Assembly: GCA_029856145.1 (NCBI GenBank)
Contig: JAHQWK010000001.1
Span: forward strand, 465,731 to 529,730
Direction: 5' to 3'
DNA length: 64,000 nt
Source of the DNA: Promethearchaeia archaeon
Lineage (GTDB): Archaea; Asgardarchaeota; Lokiarchaeia; Sigyniarchaeales; SOKP01
Under the pieces are notes generated by a model that did no database searches, had not been told where the DNA came from, and saw nothing but the letters and a program-made list of their open reading frames with translations. This document shows, piece after piece, positions 45,846-54,742 of this stretch. Both the position numbers and the translations under genes were made by a program. Within the stretch, counting starts at the first letter, position 1. Each line of letters starts with the position of its first letter.

Positions 45846-47474
45846 ATGGATAAAGATGAAGCTGTTGAAATTCTTCTTTCAATATTATCAACATCTAAAA
45901 ATATGGAAAGTAAAATAAAAGCGGTTGAACTATTAATTCAATTCGACGATAGTAATAATACACACTTTCAAACTATAAAAGATACTTTTTTAAATGATCG
46001 GCATCCACAATTGAGACTTCAGTTAATAAAATTAATAGGGACATATTATAAAGAGAAGGGAATTGATTTCTTAAAAGAACAATATAAAAATTGTAGCGAT
46101 GGAACGGTCAGGAAGAATCTTATTGATATAGTAGGAAAAGTGGATTTAAATGCCTCATTATCTTTTCTTGTTGAGGCTTTAAATGATGCTAATATGGAAG
46201 CAAAAAAAATCGCTATAACTAACTTAGGAAAAATTAGCGCTAGTGAAGCGTTAATCCCTCTAATCAACATGCTGCATTTTAGAAATACTGAGATTTATGA
46301 TTCTTTGATTAATGCTATTGTAAAAATTGGAAAAAAAGGAAATTTAGAAATTATTTATGATTATATTGATACAGAGGACCCTCACATCAAAAGAGAAATT
46401 CCCATAATACTTGGTAAGATAGGAAGTAAAGAGAGCGCAGCTGTTTTAATCGATTTTTTGAAAGATGATAATCCAATTATAAGAAAAAATTCAATAAAGG
46501 CATTAGATGGAATAATTGAATTAAGGAATGTAAAGCATGTTATTGATCTTTTAACAGATCAAGATATTGAGGTAAGGAAAGAAGTTATTCGAGTCTTAGG
46601 TAATGTTAGAAGTAAGAGGGCAATCAATCCATTAATTGAATCACTAAAAGAAAATGATGCAAAAATCAGGAATCTTGCTAAAAATGCTCTTTATAAAATT
46701 CTTGAGAAAACTAAATCATATGAACCACTTTTTGAGGTTGTAAAAGGAAGAAATATTAATGCAAGAAGAGAAGCAGTAAAACTATTAGGAATGTTAAAAG
46801 ATGTTGCTGCTATTAATTTATTGATATCTCTTTTTAATAGTAAAGTAGCAAGTTTACGAGGTTCTGCTTATCGATCTCTCTTAAGAATTTTAGATAATAA
46901 AATCGATAATAAGATTATTAGCGCACTATCGGATAAATCTTGGCAAATAAGAATGTTTTGTGCTAAAATTATAGGTGAAATTGCTGATCCGAGTACTATC
47001 GATCATTTATTTAATTTATTCGAAGATGAAAATGGAAGTGTAAGGAAAGTAGCTGTGGATGCATTAGTCAAATTTGATAATAAAAAAGTAATAGACTTTG
47101 CAATTGAATCGTTGAAGAGTTCAAATTGGAAGACACGTAGAGCTGCAGTCAACTTATTGTTAAGAACTGGAAGTAAGGAATCATTCAATTCTCTAATTTC
47201 TTGTTTAAATGATGAAGATGTATATATAAAAAGTTGGGCTGCTATGGCATTAGGAAAACTTAAAGATATAGATTCTATTGAACCTTTTATTCAATTATTA
47301 AAAGAAAATGACGATAAAATACGAATATCAGCGATTAAAGCATTAGGTGAAATTGGAAATAAAGACGCAATTAAACCTTTAATTGAAGTATTAGGAGATG
47401 ATAATTGGGACGTACGAAAAGAAATAGAGAACACTCTTAATCAGATTGATCCAGATTGGATGAGCTACTTATAA
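45846..47474 (+). CDS. HEAT-repeat protein (PBS-lyase HEAT-like repeats)
   Basis: More than 10 copies of a ~31-aa unit, for example NPIIRKNSIKALDGI, DIEVRKEVIRVLGNVRSKRAINPLIESLKD-like, NWKTRRAAVNLLLRTGS, DDKIRISAIKALGEIGNKDAIKPLIEVLGDDNWDVRKE. The start is uncertain: the track ORF opens at TTG 45756, and other in-frame candidates are TTG 45804 and ATG 45846 (used here). A TATA-like tatattta at ~45771 sits inside the longest version. Confidence 0.8.
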   Translation: MDKDEAVEILLSILSTSKNMESKIKAVELLIQFDDSNNTHFQTIKDTFLNDRHPQLRLQLIKLIGTYYKEKGIDFLKEQYKNCSDGTVRKNLIDIVGKVDLNASLSFLVEALNDANMEAKKIAITNLGKISASEALIPLINMLHFRNTEIYDSLINAIVKIGKKGNLEIIYDYIDTEDPHIKREIPIILGKIGSKESAAVLIDFLKDDNPIIRKNSIKALDGIIELRNVKHVIDLLTDQDIEVRKEVIRVLGNVRSKRAINPLIESLKENDAKIRNLAKNALYKILEKTKSYEPLFEVVKGRNINARREAVKLLGMLKDVAAINLLISLFNSKVASLRGSAYRSLLRILDNKIDNKIISALSDKSWQIRMFCAKIIGEIADPSTIDHLFNLFEDENGSVRKVAVDALVKFDNKKVIDFAIESLKSSNWKTRRAAVNLLLRTGSKESFNSLISCLNDEDVYIKSWAAMALGKLKDIDSIEPFIQLLKENDDKIRISAIKALGEIGNKDAIKPLIEVLGDDNWDVRKEIENTLNQIDPDWMSYL

Positions 47475-47525
47475 AAATTGATTATTATAACCAAAATTAA
47501 CCTTTAAAAAATACTAAATTTAAAA

Positions 47526-47948
47526 TTAATACATTTTAATAATTTTTTGAATTATTCCCTCTAATTTGCTTAAAATATAAGAAACTTTAGATTCCCTATT
47601 AATAATTAATATTAAAAATGTATTATTATCACATTCAAAAATTAGTATTGTTTTATCTTCTAATTCTGCAATGACTTTAATAATTTCTTGATTACCTATT
47701 GCTTCTCCAATTCCTACGGCGCTTTCCAAAACGGAAGCACACATAGATACAAATTCTTTACTTTTAAAATCATTTCCTAAATTTTCTATTATAAGACCTC
47801 CGTCTCTATATGCAAAAATAGCCCCATCTAAGTTTCCCTTATTTTTTAGTTCATTAAGGAGTAGAGACAACTCACCGAAATGCTGCAAATTAGAATGATT
47901 CATACTATTCATTAAATAAGATACTTCAGTTTCTATAAATATGGACAA
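47526..47948 (-). CDS. Roadblock/LC7 (MglB-like) domain protein
   Basis: NLDGAIFAYRDGGLIIEN...FVSMCASVLESAVGIGEAIG...VIAELEDKTILIFEC fits the Roadblock/LC7 alpha-beta-alpha pattern. Internal Met codons at positions 13 and 16 may be the real start. Confidence 0.72.
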   Translation of the reverse strand: MSIFIETEVSYLMNSMNHSNLQHFGELSLLLNELKNKGNLDGAIFAYRDGGLIIENLGNDFKSKEFVSMCASVLESAVGIGEAIGNQEIIKVIAELEDKTILIFECDNNTFLILIINRESKVSYILSKLEGIIQKIIKMY

Positions 47949-47966
47949 TTAAATAAAACTATTTAA
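47949..47966. promoter_or_regulatory. Palindromic TATA-like element TTAAATA-aaac-TATTTAA in a 32-bp divergent intergenic spacer
   Basis: A perfect 7-bp inverted repeat of A/T TATA-box-like sequence lies between divergent starts 47948 (-) and 47981 (+). It is a candidate bidirectional promoter core. Confidence 0.3.
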
Positions 47967-47980
47967 TCATTATATTATAT

Positions 47981-49396
47981 ATGGAAATCGCAAATTCAGA
48001 AACAAATATAATTGAATTAATACGAAATTCAAATAAGCCATTTATTGAAAATGAATTGCGTCTATTTCTAACAATTCCAAGTAATACTCTTAATCATGAA
48101 GGAATAGCAAAAGCCAAAAATTATCTTATCTCTTACATCTCTGAAATTTCTGAAGAAATAAATGAATATAAAGGAGTAATAAATCCATTAATCCTTGCTA
48201 AAGTAGAGGGAAAAATAAAGGAATCACTCTTGATATACATGATGTATGATACTCAACCTGTTAATAAAGAAAAAGAATGGATAAGTAACCCATTTGGAGC
48301 AGAAATTAAGATTCTACCTTCACCTCTTAATAAATTAGGCAATTGCATTATAGCAAGGGGTGCTTATAATTCAAAAACTCCATTATTATGTTTTTTAAAT
48401 ATTATAAAAATCTTGAAAAAAAACGATTGCCTTCCAATTTCTTTATTACTTTTATTTGATGGTGAAGAGGAAAAGGGGTCACCTTCTCTTCTAAGATTTC
48501 TTGAAAATAACACTCATAGAAAAATGTTCGAAAATTGCATAGATGCTTATTATCCCTCAACAAAACAAGATCTTAACCGAAAATCCGTTTTAAAATTAGG
48601 ATATAAAGGTATTCTATCGTTAACAATTAGAATTTCATCAAGAAATAAAGAACCACATTCAGCTTTTGGTGGTATGATTCCTAATCCTGCAACTGATTTG
48701 GTCTCTTTACTTAATACAATTTATACCAATAATGAATTTCAAATCGATAGCTTGAAAAACCCATATGACCTTACTGATGATGAGCAATCTCTCATTGATA
48801 TGCTTATTAAAGAACTTGATTTAGAAAAAATTAAGGAGAAAGCGGGAATACAACAAACAATTGAAGATAATCCTCAAAAAGCCTTTATAAATTATTTATT
48901 TAATCCTACTTTCAATATTTCTACTCTAAGGTCAGGATTTTTAGAGGAAGGGACAAAAAATTATGTACCTAATGAAGCTATATGCAATATAGATATTAGA
49001 TTCGCTCGTGATGTTACAATTGAAGAAATTTTTAAAGAAATTAAAGAAAAAGTAGATTTTTTCTCCAAAAGCACTAAATCTCAAGTTGAGATAGCTAAAA
49101 ATATAGGTTATGAAAGCTCACGGGTCAAAAAAGATTCAACTCTTGTTAAGAGTCTAATTAATAGTACTGAAAGTCTAGGCTTTACAACTGAACTTTGGCC
49201 TTTAAGTGCAGCCGCAGCCCCATTAAGTAAAATTCAAAAAGTATTAGGATTAAATTTCATTACTGGAGGTTTGGGTATTGGGGGATTTGCTCATTCTGCA
49301 AATGAATTCATTCAGTATGATTCAATAATTAATACTAGACTAGCTGATTATCATTTCCTAAAGAATTATTCAAAAATGGTAAAAGAAAACTTGTAA
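47981..49396 (+). CDS. M20-family metallopeptidase homolog (dipeptidase/ArgE/DapE-like), possibly catalytically degenerate
   Basis: FDGEEEKGSP (EE box), a dimerisation-domain-sized insert, and C-terminal GGFAHSANEF. The His box reads IYMMYDTQP (expected GHxDxxP), and the Asp box reads ARGAYNSKT (expected GRGxxDxKG). Confidence 0.7.
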   Translation: MEIANSETNIIELIRNSNKPFIENELRLFLTIPSNTLNHEGIAKAKNYLISYISEISEEINEYKGVINPLILAKVEGKIKESLLIYMMYDTQPVNKEKEWISNPFGAEIKILPSPLNKLGNCIIARGAYNSKTPLLCFLNIIKILKKNDCLPISLLLLFDGEEEKGSPSLLRFLENNTHRKMFENCIDAYYPSTKQDLNRKSVLKLGYKGILSLTIRISSRNKEPHSAFGGMIPNPATDLVSLLNTIYTNNEFQIDSLKNPYDLTDDEQSLIDMLIKELDLEKIKEKAGIQQTIEDNPQKAFINYLFNPTFNISTLRSGFLEEGTKNYVPNEAICNIDIRFARDVTIEEIFKEIKEKVDFFSKSTKSQVEIAKNIGYESSRVKKDSTLVKSLINSTESLGFTTELWPLSAAAAPLSKIQKVLGLNFITGGLGIGGFAHSANEFIQYDSIINTRLADYHFLKNYSKMVKENL

Positions 49397-49397
49397 T

Positions 49398-50552
49398 TTA
49401 ATCAAATATTCCTCTTAATCCCCTTTTTTTTGCCTTTATTGCATTCTCAGGACATAATTCCATACAACATAAACAAGAAATACATTTTTTCCTTGAGAAC
49501 ATTGGATAATTCCCTTCTTCAAATTTTATTGCTTCTGCAGGACAAATTTCAGCGCATTGACCACATTGTGCGCATTTTTCCTTTATTAAATCTGGAATTT
49601 TTTTCATTATTTTATAAGCAAGATGTCCAGTAATATAACTAATAAAACTTGTCATATTACTTCCAAGGACATTAAATTTAGGGGTTTGATTTTTAGCTTC
49701 ATCTAAAGACATTCCAACAATCTCAATTTTGTCTAAATCTCCGACACCTAAGTCTCTTTCGATAGCATTTTTAATATGAGGAACATTTTTCGCTTTTAGT
49801 TTTCCAATTTCTAACGCAATAATATCTAACGCTAGCTCATCTGTTCCGGCCAAAATTAAATTCCATTTAACCATTTTACCTGCAGCAGGACCCATTGAAC
49901 CTTCCATAATCTCTTGTAAGTCATATACAGTTAATCTTTTTGGTTTATGTTTTAAAACCCATGAAAAATTATCTGCAAGAACCTCTCCAAATCTATCAGC
50001 AGTTTTTCCTAATAAGTGATACTTAGCTTTTAACCCTCCCGGAATTATGCCCCAATAGTTTTTTATTGCTCCTGTAATCATAGCTTCTGCATGACTTTTA
50101 AGTCGTGGCAAATTTATCAAAATATCGCAATTTTTAATGGCTTTAGCGACATGAAAATTTTTCATTTGTATAGCATCTTCGATTGTTTCAACTACTGGCA
50201 CATCCCTTTCAAAATCAATAACTTTAATATCGTTTTTTTTACAAATATCTAATACTCCAATTTCTCTTGCTACGTCAGAGGCATTTGTTCCCTGTTGTCC
50301 AGGAGAATCTCCAAGAGAGACATTATTCATAGATATTCCCTTCTCTTTTAAATAAGAAATAACCCCTTCAACAAAATCAGGCTGAGTACATGCGTCTTTC
50401 TTTGCTCTAAGAAAATTAGGTTTCAAAAGAATTTGGTTAGAATTGGAAAAATCAAATGATAGATTATCTTCAACTAACTTAATAGCTCCAACTACAGCCT
50501 TAGAAATAGAATCATAATCCCTAACATTTACAATACTAACTCTTGTAGACAT
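49398..50552 (-). CDS. DUF362-domain protein fused to a 2x[4Fe-4S] ferredoxin domain
   Basis: N-terminal VSIVNV.DY......ILLKPNF pattern of DUF362. The C-terminus has two CxxCxxCxxxCP motifs (CAQCGQCAEICP, CISCLCCMELCP). Confidence 0.78.
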   Translation of the reverse strand: MSTRVSIVNVRDYDSISKAVVGAIKLVEDNLSFDFSNSNQILLKPNFLRAKKDACTQPDFVEGVISYLKEKGISMNNVSLGDSPGQQGTNASDVAREIGVLDICKKNDIKVIDFERDVPVVETIEDAIQMKNFHVAKAIKNCDILINLPRLKSHAEAMITGAIKNYWGIIPGGLKAKYHLLGKTADRFGEVLADNFSWVLKHKPKRLTVYDLQEIMEGSMGPAAGKMVKWNLILAGTDELALDIIALEIGKLKAKNVPHIKNAIERDLGVGDLDKIEIVGMSLDEAKNQTPKFNVLGSNMTSFISYITGHLAYKIMKKIPDLIKEKCAQCGQCAEICPAEAIKFEEGNYPMFSRKKCISCLCCMELCPENAIKAKKRGLRGIFD

Positions 50553-50812
50553 AGCTTATATTGATTAAATTTTTTGTTTTTTAAAATATTTCTTCTAATA
50601 AATTGTAAAAAATATTTTAAATTTGAGATTATTAGGTATCTAAAACCAATTATTTTTAATAATCTAATCCATTATATTTATAAAAAAATTTATATCAACT
50701 AAGTCAAATAAAAGGTTACTTACTAGTGTTTTTAATTAAATTTTGCTAGTATAAATAGGCTAATAAAAACTGAATGATTAAATTAACTAAATAGAAGGAG
50801 AGGGTGAAGGAA

Positions 50813-51346
50813 ATGGTTGATGCGATGTTTAAAATCGTGTTTTTTGGAGACGGAGGGGTTGGAAAAACAACTCTAATTAACCGTTTTCTCACGGGTGTTT
50901 TCAGAAGCGATTCGCAAATTACGATAGGGGTTGACTTTCACGTAAAAAAAGTTGATATTAATGGAAATAGAGTTAGTTTACAAATCTGGGATTTTGCTGG
51001 TGAAGATAGGTTTAGATTTCTTATGCCTAGTTATGTTGTTGGGGCCTCTGGAGGAATCTTTATGTTTGACATAACAAGATATACTAGTCTTAAAAATTTT
51101 GACGACTGGATTGAAATATTTAAAAAAGGTTATAAAGGGGATAATCATCAAATGCCCGTTCTTATGGTAGGCAGTAAACTAGATCTTGAGTATAAAAGAG
51201 CAGTATCTAGAGATGAAGCATTTGAGTTGGCAAAAAAGAATAATCTTTTTGGTTACCTTGAATGTTCTGCTAAAAGTGGTGAAAATGTAGAAGATATCTT
51301 CCAAGAAATAAGTCGATTGATGATGATTAAAGCAGGACTCTTATAA
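50813..51346 (+). CDS. Rab-like small GTPase with atypical G3 (DFAGE) and G4 (SKLD)
   Basis: G1 GDGGVGKTT, Rab-type switch I ITIGVDF, G3 WDFAGE (E at 51002..51004 replaces the catalytic Gln), G4 GSKLDL (S at 51173..51175 replaces Asn), G5 CSAKSG. An SD-like GGAGAGGG precedes the ATG at 50813. The track ORF opens at GTG 50804. Confidence 0.88.
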   Translation: MVDAMFKIVFFGDGGVGKTTLINRFLTGVFRSDSQITIGVDFHVKKVDINGNRVSLQIWDFAGEDRFRFLMPSYVVGASGGIFMFDITRYTSLKNFDDWIEIFKKGYKGDNHQMPVLMVGSKLDLEYKRAVSRDEAFELAKKNNLFGYLECSAKSGENVEDIFQEISRLMMIKAGLL

Positions 51347-51363
51347 ATATTCTTTAATAGGTA

Positions 51364-52209
51364 CTATTTTTTAAACATCTCATTCAAATTCTTAATTATT
51401 ATATCGGGAATTAAATTCCTATCAATATTTTCAGATTTTATAGATCTCATTTTTAAATCATTAATTATTTCCATTGTAGTAACTCCTGTTAAAACAGCTA
51501 TAGTTTTTATACCTGCTCGATTACCTGCTAAAATATCAGTATTCAAGCGATCTCCAAAAATACAAGCTTTTTCGGCAGGTATTTGGGTATCATTCAATAT
51601 CAAATTAATACCAAACGGTTCAGGCTTTCCAAAAATTCTTACTGGCTCTTTCCCTGTACATGTTTTTAGAGCATTCACCATTACACCGGCTCCCGGTTTA
51701 AGACCACGAACAACTGGTAAGGTTGAATCCGCGTTTGTCGCATAAAATTGGGCATTACCTTCTAAAATACATTTTTGGGCTGTTGCTAAATTTTGATATT
51801 TAAAATCTCTGTCAAGCCCTACAATGACAAAATTGATATCATTGTAATTAGAAACTTCTTCTATTACATTATGCCCTTGAGCTTTTAGTTCTGATCTTAA
51901 TCCCCTTTCTCCAATCACGAATATTTTAGCATTTTTCTTTATTTTTGTTATTTCTGTAGAAGTAATTGAAGCACTTGTATAAAAATCGGATATTTCACAC
52001 TCAATGCCGAATTTTTTTAATCTTTCAACATATATCTGCCTTGTTACCGTAGAATTATTAGAATTAAATACTACTTTTATTGATCTTTCTTTTAGTTCTT
52101 TAACGATTTCATCTGAATGAGGGATTAATGTATCTCCACGATAAATTACTCCATCTAAATCAAATATAGCTAGTTCTATGTTTTTTAAATCGTCTATTAA
52201 TTCACGCAT
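51364..52209 (-). CDS. HAD-IIA subfamily phosphatase (NagD-like sugar/nucleotide phosphatase)
   Basis: FDLDGVIYRG (motif I), FNSNNS (motif II), GKP, and GDRLNTDILAG (motif IV). Confidence 0.83.
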   Translation of the reverse strand: MRELIDDLKNIELAIFDLDGVIYRGDTLIPHSDEIVKELKERSIKVVFNSNNSTVTRQIYVERLKKFGIECEISDFYTSASITSTEITKIKKNAKIFVIGERGLRSELKAQGHNVIEEVSNYNDINFVIVGLDRDFKYQNLATAQKCILEGNAQFYATNADSTLPVVRGLKPGAGVMVNALKTCTGKEPVRIFGKPEPFGINLILNDTQIPAEKACIFGDRLNTDILAGNRAGIKTIAVLTGVTTMEIINDLKMRSIKSENIDRNLIPDIIIKNLNEMFKK

Positions 52210-52245
52210 AGTTTTTAATAAATCATTTATTTATATGAATCTTAA

Positions 52246-53388
52246 TTACCAACCGATTGGTAAACCTAATAAGAGAAATCCAAGCTGGATTCCAATCGGA
52301 ATGAATATTGGATTTAAAATGTTATCAGCAGTGTATATTGGAAAATAGTCAGTAATAAAGAAAATTACAGCACCTATTATTGCATATATGGGTCCTACGA
52401 GGATTAAACCAATTATATACGCTACAACTGTACCTGCAAGAAAACCTTCCACAGATTTACTGTCTTTACTCCTTACTTTGACCTTGTGTTTTCCATATCT
52501 TCTTCCAATTAAAGCAGCTGCTGCATCAGATAGACATGCTATAAGGACTCCTGAAAAAAAAGCTAAAATATCGATTAATCCCACCATATAAAGCATATAG
52601 GAAAAAATAAAACCGGTAATTATGTAAATTTGCGGACCCATAGCATTTAACTCTTTCTTTCGTAACATTGAGTGTGTTAGAAAATTAAAAAGTGAATATT
52701 CTGGACCCCTAAGAACTCTGATTAAATCAGAAATTAATGCAAACATTAAGGCTCCTATTAAAGCCATCATGGTGAGGTGCTTAAGGCCTCGAGGATCACC
52801 TAGACTATATTCAAATAAAGATATATCCCCCCAAATAAATTCATATGCAGGTTTTATATCATTAATAAGCATAACTACACCATCACTTATTAGTTGTATA
52901 AGTGGTGGGAGTAGAAAAAACCCAAAATATCCTATTAATAATACCAATCCCATTAAATGAAAACTTTTTCGAATTAGCTCCATTTTAAATGAGATATCTT
53001 CCAGATATGGATTTTCTTTTGTTAGTCTTTCCACATATCTTCTTAAAATGGATTTTTTACTATTAACCAATTCCACATCTTCACTTTTTAAATCAATTTT
53101 ATTAACTACTCTTTTGATTAGCAAGAAAAAAATCAGAGCGACAAGTAAATTTATTCCAATCCACCACACCATAAACCCATTATAGGGATAATGAAAAAAT
53201 CTTATGATGGAATTATAATATCCAAAAATTAAGAAACAAAAGCCACATATAATTGTTGAAATTCCACCATACTTATTTTTTGCTTTAATTCCCTTCCGAC
53301 CAATATGAAACATTAAAATCATTAAGATAAAAAAAGAGAGAGATAATGTAATATTATAAATATTATCAACAGCTGTCCAATAGTCCAT
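52246..53388 (-). CDS. Polytopic membrane protein of the CTP-dependent polyprenol (dolichol/phytol) kinase / cytidylyltransferase family
   Basis: About 10 TM helices. The C-terminal signature is LSDAAAALIGRRYGKHKV......KSVEGFLAG (D..AA..G...GK ... K[ST].EG). Confidence 0.62.
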   Translation of the reverse strand: MDYWTAVDNIYNITLSLSFFILMILMFHIGRKGIKAKNKYGGISTIICGFCFLIFGYYNSIIRFFHYPYNGFMVWWIGINLLVALIFFLLIKRVVNKIDLKSEDVELVNSKKSILRRYVERLTKENPYLEDISFKMELIRKSFHLMGLVLLIGYFGFFLLPPLIQLISDGVVMLINDIKPAYEFIWGDISLFEYSLGDPRGLKHLTMMALIGALMFALISDLIRVLRGPEYSLFNFLTHSMLRKKELNAMGPQIYIITGFIFSYMLYMVGLIDILAFFSGVLIACLSDAAAALIGRRYGKHKVKVRSKDSKSVEGFLAGTVVAYIIGLILVGPIYAIIGAVIFFITDYFPIYTADNILNPIFIPIGIQLGFLLLGLPIGW

Positions 53389-53459
53389 AATTTATCTGGT
53401 AAAGAATTTTATTAATTATTGAAATAATTTATAATCTAATAATTAATTCCGCTTTAATA

Positions 53460-54512
53460 ATGTCTAGACATAAAACTGATTTTATTAAAACATTATCAAA
53501 AGAACCAACAACCAGAGTTCCATTATATTGTACAGGATACCCAGATTTAGAGTTTATTAACAATTTTGTAGATCAATATAATCTTAAAACTGAAAAAATC
53601 GACTTAATGTTAAATAATAAGAATTATAACATAATTGAACAAATGGGTTTTAATGCTATTTCTCTATGGGATTTTCGACGAGGAGAAGGAGGCTATAACT
53701 TGAATGATGAAAGAAGAGTAGATGGATGGGGCCGCCTATATAAAGGAGAATGGTATTTATGGGATGGTGTTTTTAAAGATGAAAAAACGGTACAAAATTG
53801 GGAATACTTAAATTTTCCCTCTAAAGAAAACCTAATGAATTTAAAAAATTTTTTAAATAGAGCAAATGTAAATTTAGAATACGTAATCTCTTTACCTGGT
53901 TTATTTGAAAAAACTTGGCAATCAATGAGCTTTCATTATTTCGCTAAATGTTTAAAAAAAAAAAATATTGAGTTTGTGAAAAGGGTCATCTCTTTTTTCT
54001 CAAATTATTTGAAAACATTAATTAAAAATCTCCAAACAACAGGGGCAGAAACATTTCTAATAGCAGATGATCTGGGTTATAAGAATAGAACATTCATATC
54101 AAAAGAAATGTGGCGAAAACTATTCTATAATAAATATAAGGAAATTATTAATATTATACATCAAAGAAAGCAACATATCATAATCCATTCTGACGGATAT
54201 ATTTCTGATATGATTGGAACTTTCATAGATTTAGGCTTTGATGCGATTCAAAGTTTAGAACCTAGTGCTGGAGTGAATATCTTTAGTCTTTTCAAGAAAT
54301 TTAAAAATCAGATCTGCTTTATTGGAAATCTAGATATGAGTCTCCTGTCTTTTGGTACACCACAAGAAGTAAGAAACTATACCAAAAAATTAATTACAAA
54401 AGCAAAAGAAAATAAATGCCCTTTAGTAGTTTCACCATCACATCAAATCAATATAAAATGTAAACCCAAAAATATTAATGCAATAATTGAAACGACTAAA
54501 ATATTTAAATAA
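53460..54512 (+). CDS. Uroporphyrinogen-decarboxylase (URO-D) fold protein, MtaA/CmuA-like methyltransferase family
   Basis: The C-terminal block IIIHSDGYISDMIGTFIDLGFDAIQSLEPSAGVNIF....ICFIGNLD matches the URO-D family pattern. The N-terminus is divergent. Confidence 0.5.
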   Translation: MSRHKTDFIKTLSKEPTTRVPLYCTGYPDLEFINNFVDQYNLKTEKIDLMLNNKNYNIIEQMGFNAISLWDFRRGEGGYNLNDERRVDGWGRLYKGEWYLWDGVFKDEKTVQNWEYLNFPSKENLMNLKNFLNRANVNLEYVISLPGLFEKTWQSMSFHYFAKCLKKKNIEFVKRVISFFSNYLKTLIKNLQTTGAETFLIADDLGYKNRTFISKEMWRKLFYNKYKEIINIIHQRKQHIIIHSDGYISDMIGTFIDLGFDAIQSLEPSAGVNIFSLFKKFKNQICFIGNLDMSLLSFGTPQEVRNYTKKLITKAKENKCPLVVSPSHQINIKCKPKNINAIIETTKIFK

Positions 54513-54679
54513 TAATTTTGATATTTACTACAAATAAGGTTATTATAAAAATAATAATAGTGCTTAAGAGTATAATAATACAAAATTTCTAAACTAAATT
54601 AATAAGGAAATAATAATATAATTTAATACATAGTAAGAAATAAAAAAAAATAAATAAAATTAAAATAAGTTAATTATAT

Positions 54680-54702
54680 CTAATATAATAAGATTATATT
54701 AG
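54680..54702. promoter_or_regulatory. Perfect 10-bp inverted repeat CTAATATAAT-aag-ATTATATTAG about 40 bp upstream of the Roadblock gene
   Basis: Read directly at 54680..54689 and 54693..54702. It lies inside a 230-bp, extremely AT-rich intergenic region. It is a candidate operator overlapping the promoter. Confidence 0.3.
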
Positions 54703-54742
54703 AAATTATATCCTCAATATTTATCCTAATAAACAAAAAAAA

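Noticed and set aside
39030-53388. The PAP2 phosphatase (39030..39749), the dolichol-kinase-like protein (52246..53388) and AglB (2580..6458) as a dedicated N-glycosylation gene cluster
   Set aside because: The three genes are separated by tens of kilobases of unrelated genes, and no glycosyltransferases or flippase lie between them. They may act in the same pathway, but they do not form a cluster in this window.
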